Shown here: one piece after another, positions 7,287 through 14,764 of the stretch
Layout: every line of letters begins with the position of its first letter
How positions within the stretch are numbered: the first letter of the stretch is position 1
NCBI GenBank assembly: GCA_964463155.1
Contig: CAYXAY010000004.1
Span: 12,456 to 34,565, forward strand
Direction: 5' to 3'
Length of the DNA stretch: 22,110 nucleotides
From: an uncultured archaeon
GTDB lineage: Archaea > Iainarchaeota > Iainarchaeia > Iainarchaeales > CSSED10-239
Program-made: the position numbers and the translations under genes
The notes under the pieces: generated by a model
What the model saw: only the letters and a program-made list of their open reading frames with translations
What the model was told of the DNA's origin: nothing
Databases searched by the model: none

Positions 7287-10200
7287 TTATCTAGCTATAT
7301 CAAGGCCAATAACCGAAGAATTACCTTTTAGTGTTACACCAATTACCTGGTTTGCTCCTGAAACTATTGTGTTGTTGTGGGTTATACATATTACTGCAAC
7401 ACTTTTTGAAAGCTCTTTAATGTAATTTAGAAGATTTTCTGAGTTTTGGTCATCAAGAGCAGCATCTACTTCGTCAAGGATATAGAATGGCGACTTCTTG
7501 TAGGCATGCACTGCAAAGATAACTGCTAAAGCTGTTACTGTTTTTTCTCCACCAGAGATAATGTCTATGTTTTTTGTTTGCCCATGTTTCGTGATATTAA
7601 TAATTAACTGTGAGGTTAATGGGTCGTTTCCTGAAAGTTCTAAGGAGCCTTTTAAAGACTTAGACATTTTTGAGATTATGTTTTTGAATTCATAATTAAT
7701 CTTATTGAAACAATCCATAAAGATTGTTGTTTTTTTCATATTAATTTCATTTAGCATTGTCTCGACTTGTGCTTTTTCTGCAATTATAACATCATATTTC
7801 TGTATTATCTCTTCATATTCCTTTGCAAGCTTTTCATAGGAATCAATTGCATTGAAATTAATGTTTCCAAGAACATTCTTTTCTCTTTTGATTGATCTAA
7901 GCTTTGAGTAAAGTTGTTCAATTGTAAGCGCTACTTCTTCTAGCTTTTCTTTTAAGTCAAGCATCTTAAGGCTTTGATCTGCTTGGGTTGCTTTACTTTT
8001 TAGAGTGTTTATGTTTAGACGTGCTTCATTAATTTCTGAATTTATTTCAAGTATATTTGTATCAATTTTATGTGTCTTTTGGTTTAGTATTACTGCATCT
8101 TGAGAGACGAGTGATTTCTTTTGGAACAGTTCTTGCTTTTTTTGTTCTTCAACTTGGAATTTTTTGTTTATTTCTTTTATTTTGTTATCAATATCAAGAA
8201 TCGCATCATTGTAATTGTTAAGCTGGGCTTGCAATTCCTTTGTTTTTTTGTTGTTTATATCAACTAGAGAGCATTTGCTTTCTATCTTTTCTTTAATTGT
8301 ATTAATTTCTGCGTTTTTAGAGATTAGACTTTGCTCTAGAATATTTGTTTCAGACACCAAAGAATCATATTCGTCTCTTAAGGTTGTTTGAACGCCAAGG
8401 TTTAAACCCTTTAGCTTGTCTTCTATTTCTTGCTTTTCTTTTCTTAAGGTGGATAGGATATTGTCAATGGTTGAGGTTTCTTCTTTTAGTTGTCCAAGAT
8501 TTTGTGTGATTGTTTTTATTGTTGCTCCGCCAGTGCTTGCGTGCTTTACATTTCCGCTTTTTTCAATCACATCATTAAGTGTTGCAATATTTGTATTAAG
8601 TTTGACTTGAAGGTTTGTTAGTTCCTTGTTTTGCTTTTCAAGCTCTTTTCTGTTTGTTTCGTGACTCTTAGTTAGCTCTAAAAGTTTGGAGTTTGCCTTT
8701 TCAAGCTCTTTTTCAATTGATTTAATTTTTTCTTCAAGCTCTTTTGGGTTTTTTATCAATATCTTTTTATAACAGAAACCATCAAAGTAAAAGCCATCAA
8801 TGCTTTGTGCCTTGGTCTTTGTTCCAGAATGTTCTGCAAAGATTTTGGAAAGTTCATTTTCAGAAGCCCTTAAAGTTGAAAGAACAACAAAATTTATATT
8901 TGTGTTTTCTCCAATGTCTTTAAGGATACTAGAAACATCTTTTGAATCCTTTAAAACAATATAATTAGAATAAATTGATCTTTGTGATTTTTCAAGAGTA
9001 ACGAAATCATCCAAGAAACCTATAACGCCCTTGTGCTTATTTAGCTTTTCTTTTAGTTTTTCTCTTTTATCAAGTACCAATGCACTATAAGACAAGTCTT
9101 TTATAAAATCGTTAAGTTCAATTGTTCTTTGAGAAATAATCTTTGAAATATCTTCTTTTTCTTTTTCCTCAGTCTTTAGTTTTTGTGAAAGTGTGGATAT
9201 TTTTGATTCTAGTTTGGTTATCTCTTTTATTGTGTTTGAGACAATTGCTTCCTGTTCGTTTTTTCTTTCCAGAAGCGCTCTTGTTTCTTCTTCTCTTTCC
9301 TTGCTTTGCTTTTCAACTACGTCTTTGTGAAGCTCATAAGCTGAGATCTTTGTCTTGTTTGAGAAATAATCCTCTTGTTTTTTGTTTATGTCTTTATTAA
9401 GTGTTGAAAGTTTTGTATAAAGCTCTTCTTGTACCATTCTAACACTTTCAAACTCCGTGGAGTTTTTTTGAATATTTTCCTTTACAGTTTCTTTTGATTT
9501 GTTTTTTGTTTTTAACTTTTCTTCTTGCTCTTTGATTATTACTTTGACAAGCTCTTCTTCTTTTTTAAGTTCTGAAATCTCTATTGATAGTTTTTGGTTT
9601 TCTTTTTCTAGATAATCTTTGTTTTCCGTTTTCAGATTTAGATTGTTTTGGATAATTTCTTTGTTTGCTTTGTTCTCCGAAAGCTCTCTACCAACAGTTG
9701 ATTGTACTTTTTCTGAGTGGGATATTAAGTCATTGTTAATGTTTTCAAGCTTGTTTTCATATTCTGTTATTGACAAGAGAAGTTCTTTCTTTTCTTTGTT
9801 TTTCTCCTCTATGTCACTAACAAGCTTTGTTATCTTCCCTTCTTCTAGGAATAATTCATTGTTGTATTCTTCTATTTGTTTAGTGTAAAGATTGTAATTG
9901 TAAATATGTTCTAAGTTATCAAGCTCCTTAAACTTTAAGGCCGCTTCTTTTTCAGCAGACAATTGTTCAACATATGGTTTTCTTTCGTTTAATGCTATTG
10001 ATATCTTTTCAAGTCTTTTGTTAACCTTGTCAAGATTATCCTGCGCTTCTTTTTTTCTTTCATCAAATAATGATATACCAGAGATGTCTTCAATTATTTT
10101 TCTTCTTTCCTCTGGATTCATGTTAATAATCTTTGTAACATCTCCTTGCTGGACAGTGTAGTAACCATCCGCAGTTATTCCCATCTCCTCTAGAAACGAA

Positions 10201-10538
10201 GTAATTTCATTTAAAGCTTTTCTTTTGCCTTCAAGAACAAACGCAGATTTTCCTGATTCGTCTATTTCTCTAATAATGTCTATATCTTTGTCTTCATGTG
10301 TAAACACAATTCTTACTCTTGCTGTTCTTTCCTTTGAAGACTGATTAACAAGATTAGCGGTCTTATCAACTCTTAGTTTTTTTAGAGAAGTTGAACCAAA
10401 ACCAAAAATAAGAGCATCAATAATATTACTTTTGCCTGAACCATTTGGCCCAACAATCACTTGAAATCCTGGTTTAAATGGAATTGTTACATAGTCAAAG
10501 GATTTAAAATTCTTAAGCACCAGTTCTTTTATATGCAT
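7287..10538 (-). CDS. smc: Chromosome segregation ATPase SMC
   Basis: 1083 aa. Motifs present: N-terminal Walker A (VGPNGSGKSNIIDA), Q-loop (YTVQQGDV), a central hinge (HKGVIGFLDDFVTLEKSQRSIYSNYIVLKD...NFVVLSTL), signature SGGEKTVTALAVIFA and Walker B FYILDEVDAALD. Two long K/E-rich coiled-coil arms. A GAGGA Shine-Dalgarno sequence lies upstream of the ATG. Confidence 0.93.
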   Translation of the reverse strand: MHIKELVLKNFKSFDYVTIPFKPGFQVIVGPNGSGKSNIIDALIFGFGSTSLKKLRVDKTANLVNQSSKERTARVRIVFTHEDKDIDIIREIDESGKSAFVLEGKRKALNEITSFLEEMGITADGYYTVQQGDVTKIINMNPEERRKIIEDISGISLFDERKKEAQDNLDKVNKRLEKISIALNERKPYVEQLSAEKEAALKFKELDNLEHIYNYNLYTKQIEEYNNELFLEEGKITKLVSDIEEKNKEKKELLLSITEYENKLENINNDLISHSEKVQSTVGRELSENKANKEIIQNNLNLKTENKDYLEKENQKLSIEISELKKEEELVKVIIKEQEEKLKTKNKSKETVKENIQKNSTEFESVRMVQEELYTKLSTLNKDINKKQEDYFSNKTKISAYELHKDVVEKQSKEREEETRALLERKNEQEAIVSNTIKEITKLESKISTLSQKLKTEEKEKEDISKIISQRTIELNDFIKDLSYSALVLDKREKLKEKLNKHKGVIGFLDDFVTLEKSQRSIYSNYIVLKDSKDVSSILKDIGENTNINFVVLSTLRASENELSKIFAEHSGTKTKAQSIDGFYFDGFCYKKILIKNPKELEEKIKSIEKELEKANSKLLELTKSHETNRKELEKQNKELTNLQVKLNTNIATLNDVIEKSGNVKHASTGGATIKTITQNLGQLKEETSTIDNILSTLRKEKQEIEDKLKGLNLGVQTTLRDEYDSLVSETNILEQSLISKNAEINTIKEKIESKCSLVDINNKKTKELQAQLNNYNDAILDIDNKIKEINKKFQVEEQKKQELFQKKSLVSQDAVILNQKTHKIDTNILEINSEINEARLNINTLKSKATQADQSLKMLDLKEKLEEVALTIEQLYSKLRSIKREKNVLGNINFNAIDSYEKLAKEYEEIIQKYDVIIAEKAQVETMLNEINMKKTTIFMDCFNKINYEFKNIISKMSKSLKGSLELSGNDPLTSQLIINITKHGQTKNIDIISGGEKTVTALAVIFAVHAYKKSPFYILDEVDAALDDQNSENLLNYIKELSKSVAVICITHNNTIVSGANQVIGVTLKGNSSVIGLDIAR

Positions 10539-10552
10539 TTTTGATTTCCTCT

Positions 10553-11079
10553 TTATTCTCTTAGGTATTCTGAAATATCATTTATCTTAATAGTTTTAGA
10601 ACGAACTTTATTTAAATGATACGATTTTGTTTTAGGAAAACTTACATTAATTATTTGCTTTCCGCTGGCTTTTATTTCTTCTATTGCAGGTATAAAATCT
10701 GCATCATTTGAAACTAAAATTGCAATATCATAATTGTTGTTATAAGCATTAACAATTAAATCAACAGCTAATTTCACATCAACGCCTTTTTTGCTTTTTT
10801 TCTGTCTGGCCTTTTTTCAAGTCTCCCAAAATAAATATCAATTAATGGCACTTCAAACAAATATTCAAAAAATCTTTGTTGTTTTTTACATTTTTCGGGA
10901 TTTTCTATTCTATTTAATGGTGAATTATAGTATTTTATTTCTATTAAATCATTATCTTGAGAAAGATAATTACATAACTTCTCAAAGTAAATTTTGGTTG
11001 TAGAAAAAGAACTTCTTAGATGGTAATAAAAATTACTTCCATCAATAAATACCATCACTCGTTTAATAGGAGAAGACAT
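10553..11079 (-). pseudogene. NYN/LabA-like (PIN-like) nuclease-domain gene split by a single frame change
   Basis: The upstream ORF (10774..11079) has the NYN N-terminal half (RVMVFIDGSNFYY...YYNSP...GRLEKRPDRKK). The downstream ORF (10553..10777) has the C-terminal half (KLAVDLIVNAYNNNYDIAILVSNDADFIPAIEE). Its track 'M' is really a GTG valine codon. Reading through with a -1 shift restores the family motif KK-GVDV-KLAVDL. Confidence 0.8.
10786..10792 (-). other. A_AAA_AAG heptamer at the NYN frame junction
   Basis: In the zero frame the minus strand reads GCA AAA AAG GCG TTG ATG TGA. A -1 slip on A_AAA_AAG continues as GGC GTT GAT GTG AAA TTA (G V D V K L). An A7 run lies 2 nt upstream (10795-10801). 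Confidence 0.5.
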
Positions 11080-11150
11080 TTAAATCACATAAAAATGCCT
11101 ATCGTTGTGAATCTAAAAGACCCCAATGGTAGGGAGCTAATTATAAATAT

Positions 11151-11164
11151 TATATCGCGATATA
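11151..11164. repeat. Perfect 14-nt palindrome TATATCGCGATATA
   Basis: It lies between the serS stop (11188) and the NYN start (11079). The GC core stands out in an otherwise AT-only spacer. Confidence 0.9.
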
Positions 11165-11187
11165 TTTTTAAATAATAAAGCTAAAAC

Positions 11188-12477
11188 TCAGAAAATATCA
11201 TTTCTTTTAATTTCTTTCTTGCCATACATGTATTTCTGTAGTACTTTTGGAATCTTTATTGTTCTTTCTTTTGTCTGATGGTTTTCAAGTATTACTACAA
11301 GTGCTCTTGATGTTGCTATTGCTGTGTCATTAAGAGTATGAACAAAATATTTCTCACCTTGCTTTGTCTTTGCCTTTATGTTAAGCCTTACTGCTTGTGC
11401 GCTTGTCAGGTTGCTACAAGAAGCTACTTCAATATACTTTTGGCTTCTTGGGGACCACACTTCAATGTCTGCACTTCTGTGTTTTAAGTCTCCAAGGTCT
11501 CCTGAACAAATTTCTAATGTTCTTGTTGGTAATTCTAAAGATATAAATAATTTAACGGTGTTTTTGACTAACTCATTATACATTTTTTCAGAATCTTCTG
11601 GTTTACAAATAACTATCTGCTCAACTTTGTCAAACTGATGTAATCTAAATAGTCCTCTTTCGTCTAGGCCATGAGAGCCAATCTCTTTTCTAAAACAGGA
11701 AGAGAATCCAAAAATCTTTATTGGAAGCTTTTCTTCCTCAATTGTCTTGTCAGAAAACATAGAGATTATTGGGTGTTCAGAGGTTGCTATTAGGTAAAGG
11801 TCTTCATTTTCAATCTTATATGCCATGTCTTTAAAGAAAGAAAAATCAACAGAGCCTTCGCATACTTTTTTGTTTATCATTAATGGTGTTAACACATAAG
11901 TAAAACCTTTCTTGTTTAGGAAATCTTGAGCATAGTTGATTAATGCTTTGTTAAGAAGAGCAAGGTCTCCTTTTAAGTAATAAAAACCTTTACCAGAGAC
12001 GTTTCTTGAAGCTTCAAAATCAGCAACATTTAGCTTTTCTGCAATTTCTCCATGATTGAGCACTTCAAAGTCAAATTTTGTTGGTTCTCCAAATCTTTTA
12101 ATTTCTTTATTCTCTGTTTCGTCTTTACCAATTGGTGTCTTTTTTGAGATCATGTTTGGTATTTTCTTTTGAATATCTATTATTCTTTCAAATAGTTCTT
12201 TTTGCTTATCATCTATAACTTTAATCTTGTCTGGTAGTTGCCTAGCTTCTGCTAAGAGGTCTTCAGTTGGTAATCCTTTTTGCTTGTTTTCTGCAATCTT
12301 GTCTGTAACGGAATTTCTTTTGTGTTTAAGATCGTTAGCTACTTGTATATTTGCTCTATACTCTTCATCAAGCCTTATGATTTCATCAACTAAAGGAAGA
12401 AGATCGTCTTTGTTTTTCTTTTTGATGTTGTCTTTTGCTTTCTTAGAGTTTTTTCTAATAAATTTCATCTCAAGCAT
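11188..12477 (-). CDS. serS: Seryl-tRNA synthetase
   Basis: 429 aa. It has the N-terminal coiled-coil tRNA-binding arm, class II motif 2 (FRKEIGSHGLDERGLFRLHQFDKVE) and the motif 3 region (HTLNDTAIATSRALVVILENHQ). Confidence 0.93.
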   Translation of the reverse strand: MLEMKFIRKNSKKAKDNIKKKNKDDLLPLVDEIIRLDEEYRANIQVANDLKHKRNSVTDKIAENKQKGLPTEDLLAEARQLPDKIKVIDDKQKELFERIIDIQKKIPNMISKKTPIGKDETENKEIKRFGEPTKFDFEVLNHGEIAEKLNVADFEASRNVSGKGFYYLKGDLALLNKALINYAQDFLNKKGFTYVLTPLMINKKVCEGSVDFSFFKDMAYKIENEDLYLIATSEHPIISMFSDKTIEEEKLPIKIFGFSSCFRKEIGSHGLDERGLFRLHQFDKVEQIVICKPEDSEKMYNELVKNTVKLFISLELPTRTLEICSGDLGDLKHRSADIEVWSPRSQKYIEVASCSNLTSAQAVRLNIKAKTKQGEKYFVHTLNDTAIATSRALVVILENHQTKERTIKIPKVLQKYMYGKKEIKRNDIF

Positions 12478-12633
12478 AATTAATCACATAATATATGTTA
12501 GATAAAATAAGAACAAATGGTTATAAAAAGCTTTATTTTTAATTAAAATAGTAATTTGACATTAGAAATTGTATTTATATTTTTCAATTACTTTTTTTAT
12601 AAATTCTACTTGTATTGGAAACAACAAATACTT

Positions 12634-12946
12634 TTAAAAATCATCTTTGTTAGACCATTTAATTCCTGCCACTTCGCCCTCTTGAAGCGTAAATTCAAAA
12701 TTTTGGTTTCTTTTGCTTAAAAATAAAGGTTACTCTCTCTTACCCATCATACCAAATTTCTTTTGTTTTGAATTTTTTCTTATACAATTCTTTTGGCCAA
12801 TTAAATTTGTCTGGATTTTTCTATCCCCCATCCGATATCTTCCAATAATTTAAGTCATAAGGGCTTTGAACAAGAAGAAATTGTTTTTTAGAATTTATTA
12901 TAAAAGCAGAGACGCCGTGTCTATAGTTAATAATAATTATATAAGC
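12634..12946 (-). pseudogene. Decayed Nudix hydrolase relic (several frameshifts and in-frame stops)
   Basis: The minus strand reads in three different frames:
- AYIIIINYRHGVSAFIINSKKQFLLVQSPYDLNYWKISDGG*, the Nudix N-terminal strands plus a W-x-x-x-GG motif.
- GIEKSRQI*LAKRIV*EKIQ, which aligns to the Nudix box GGvEpGEsleeAa.RElkEEtG. Its TAA stops fall where GAA/AAA codons are expected, and the catalytic RE/EE residues are lost.
- RNQNFEFTLQEGEVAGIKWSNKDDF*, a Nudix C-terminal E-x-x-x-x-W motif.
There is no start codon. Confidence 0.55.
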
Positions 12947-13103
12947 AAACTATTTAAAAATCCACAAAAAAAGGTGTATAAACAAGTTGAATATGAAAAA
13001 AAATTACCGAAGCAAACTCTTTTCACCATTCAATTAAGGTCTAGCTTTAAGCGCACTAGTTTTAAAGAAAGGTGCTTACCCATTCTCCCTTGCCTATACA
13101 CCA

Positions 13104-13118
13104 GGAATATTATATTCC
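13104..13118. repeat. 15-nt palindrome GGAATAT-T-ATATTCC
   Basis: Seen directly in the gene-free stretch between the Nudix relic and hisS. Confidence 0.85.
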
Positions 13119-13208
13119 GAAAAGCATATAATTCTATTGTTTTTGGATTATGCCGAGGTGGCGGTTAATTTTAGAAAAAGTATAATAAATCATTCATATA
13201 TGATACCT

Positions 13209-13231
13209 CCTATTGGTCTCCGACCAATAGG
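13209..13231. repeat. Perfect 9-10 bp hairpin CCTATTGGT(C)-TCC-(G)ACCAATAGG
   Basis: Inverted repeat seen directly. It lies about 100 nt downstream of the hisS stop on the transcribed (minus) strand. Confidence 0.85.
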
Positions 13232-13240
13232 CATATACTT

Positions 13241-13320
13241 ATTAGAAAAAGATTAAAAACAAGTCGTGCGAGACGCCATTCACCCGCTACATAAATGTGT
13301 GATGTTCTATCTCACGACTT
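13241..13320 (-). terminator. GC-rich structured element followed by two T5 runs, immediately 3' of hisS
   Basis: On the minus-strand RNA, AAGUCGUG (from 13320) pairs with CACGACUU (to 13261) and encloses 44 nt. The enclosed stretch includes a strikingly GC-rich segment (GUAGCGGGUGAAUGGCGUCUCGC). GUUUUUAAUCUUUUUC follows. Oligo-T runs act as archaeal termination signals. Confidence 0.35.
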
Positions 13321-13333
13321 CCGATAGAAATAA

Positions 13334-14725
13334 TTAAAACTTTACTTTAGAAATATCTAGAAGCTCTTCTTTACCTGTCTTAAGATTTCTTATCTTAATC
13401 TTGTTTTGTTTTATCTCATCTTCGCCTAGAAATCCAACAAAAGGAATACCAAGCTTATCTGCATACTCAATATTCTTTGATATTGATCTGTCTAAAAGAT
13501 CAACTTGTACTTTTAAACCTCTTTTTCTTAGCTCTTGGGTTACTTTTATTGCATCTTCCCTTATTTGAGAACTATTTCTCCCTACAAGTGTGGGCTTAAT
13601 CTCTTTAGATAATAATTTTTGATCTAATCCCATAGTCATTGATTTACCTACACATCCAATTGGAATAACTAATAAGTCAGTAACTGTTTGCCTTGTTGTT
13701 CCGTCTCTTTTAATAATAATATCCATAATTGGTTCTATTCCAAAGGAAAGGCCAGTTGCTGGAATATTTTGTTTCTCATTACCGATGTATTTTCCAATCA
13801 TCTTGTCCCAGCGACCGCCACCAGCAATTGAGCCACCCATGATTGTCTGGTCTTTTAAGAACACTTCAAAGATTGGACCAGTATAGTAGCCTAGCCCTCT
13901 AGCAAGGCTTGGTGAAAACTCGACGTCTACAGAAAAATCTTTAAGATAACCTAAAAGCTCTTCGATCTCTTTTAGGCCTTCAGTTTCCCCTAGAAGTTTC
14001 TTTAATGATTTTAGTTTTTCGCTGTTTGTTCCTTTCTCTATTCCTTGAAGAAGAGACAAAAGCTTTTCTATGTTGTCCTTTGGTATCTTTTTTTCAAGAA
14101 GTTCTTCCTTTATTCCTTTGATTCCTATTTTTTTTAACTTATCTATAGAAATAACAACCGACATTGAAAGTTTTTCTTCAATTCCTAAATAAGAAATAAT
14201 TTCTGTTAATAATTTCCGGTCGTTAATCGCAATTACAACATCAAGATTTAATTTTTTAAAAACATCTTTGACAACAGCTAAACTTTCGGCATCAGCAAGA
14301 ACAGAAGACACTCCCACAACATCAATATCACATTGATAGAATTCTCTATATCTTCCTGCTTTTATTGGTCCGTCTCTAAAGACGGTTCCAATCTGATATC
14401 TTTTAAATGGAAGTTTAAGTTGTTGGTTTTGCCCAACAAATCGTGCAAGCGCGAAAGTAAATTCGTATCTTAAACCTAAATCTCTGTTGCCTTGGTCTTT
14501 AAACCTATAAATTTCTGAGATTGCATCAGAATTTTCTCCCGCTACAAACTTTGCTTCTAAGATTTCAAGCTTTTCAAAGGTTGGTGTCTCAAGTGGAGAA
14601 AAGCCATAGATTTCAAATATTTCTTTAATGTCTAAGATTACTTTATCTCTAATAATCTTTTCTGAGGGCGCAAAATCCCTTGTTCCTCTTGCTGGTTCTA
14701 GTATAAGTTTTGCCATATTTTTCAC
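13334..14725 (-). CDS. hisS: Histidyl-tRNA synthetase
   Basis: Motifs present: ARGTRDF, class II motif 2 (FRDGPIKAGRYREFYQCDIDVVG), LARGLGYYTGPIFE, GGGRWDKMI and motif 3 (GLSFGIEPI), plus a C-terminal anticodon-binding alpha/beta domain. The track start at 14725 is GTG. The ATG at 14716 (MAKLILEP) lies 20 nt downstream of a TATA-like box and is probably the real start. The protein is somewhat longer than typical HisRS, with extra residues near VIPIGCVGKSMTMGLDQKLLSKEIK. Confidence 0.92.
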   Translation of the reverse strand: MKNMAKLILEPARGTRDFAPSEKIIRDKVILDIKEIFEIYGFSPLETPTFEKLEILEAKFVAGENSDAISEIYRFKDQGNRDLGLRYEFTFALARFVGQNQQLKLPFKRYQIGTVFRDGPIKAGRYREFYQCDIDVVGVSSVLADAESLAVVKDVFKKLNLDVVIAINDRKLLTEIISYLGIEEKLSMSVVISIDKLKKIGIKGIKEELLEKKIPKDNIEKLLSLLQGIEKGTNSEKLKSLKKLLGETEGLKEIEELLGYLKDFSVDVEFSPSLARGLGYYTGPIFEVFLKDQTIMGGSIAGGGRWDKMIGKYIGNEKQNIPATGLSFGIEPIMDIIIKRDGTTRQTVTDLLVIPIGCVGKSMTMGLDQKLLSKEIKPTLVGRNSSQIREDAIKVTQELRKRGLKVQVDLLDRSISKNIEYADKLGIPFVGFLGEDEIKQNKIKIRNLKTGKEELLDISKVKF

Positions 14726-14736
14726 AATTTACTTAA

Positions 14737-14750
14737 TAATTTAAATATAG
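14737..14750 (-). promoter_or_regulatory. TATA-like box for hisS
   Basis: The minus strand reads CTATATTTAAATTA and ends 20 nt upstream of the ATG at 14716. No Shine-Dalgarno sequence is present. Confidence 0.45.
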
Positions 14751-14758
14751 AAACAATT

Positions 14759-14764
14759 AAAAAA
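14759..14764 (-). terminator. T6 run directly after the tRNA-His-like gene
   Basis: The minus strand reads TTTTTT immediately after discriminator C73 (14765). This fits an oligo-T termination signal between the tRNA and hisS. Confidence 0.4.

Noticed and set aside
7188-7425. An N-terminal extension of the 303-aa ORF to 7280, and plus-strand ORF 7186..7425
   Set aside because: The extension (MRPKLTTSSNGLGLKAF...) precedes a perfect signal peptide that starts at the ATG at 7187, and it contains the TATA-like box. The plus-strand ORF is antisense to that spacer and to the smc 3' end.
8416-9888. Plus-strand ORFs 8416..8610, 9143..9400 and 9619..9888, and apparent K/E repeats in smc
   Set aside because: The ORFs are antisense shadows of smc. 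The repetitiveness is coiled-coil compositional bias rather than true tandem DNA repeats; I found no exact repeat unit.
7287-10538. The SMC gene as a defence-type SMC-like ATPase (Wadjet or Lamassu style)
   Set aside because: It has a bona fide hinge domain and full-length arms, along with canonical head motifs. The neighbouring genes are surface proteins and a NYN gene, not JetA/B/D- or LmuA-like partners.
10791-12505. Plus-strand ORFs 10791..11003, 11378..11638 and 12227..12505
   Set aside because: They lie antisense to the NYN gene and serS and have no independent signals.
12866-13168. 100-aa plus-strand ORF in the serS-hisS spacer
   Set aside because: It is lysine-rich and low-complexity. 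Its 5' part is antisense to the Nudix relic. There is no Shine-Dalgarno sequence or correctly spaced TATA box, and no recognisable domain. It is most likely a chance ORF in decayed DNA.
13200-13256. 18-codon plus-strand ORF (MIPPIGLRPIGIYLLEKD) spanning the 13209-13231 hairpin
   Set aside because: The peptide sequence is simply the translation of an inverted repeat. There is no start context, and it is too short to support.
13261-13320. The structured element 3' of hisS as a C/D-box or H/ACA guide RNA
   Set aside because: There is no ACA trinucleotide after the basal stem. There is no RUGAUGA/CUGA box pair in either orientation; only a lone GUGAUGU appears, on the wrong strand. I kept it as an unclassified structure or terminator.
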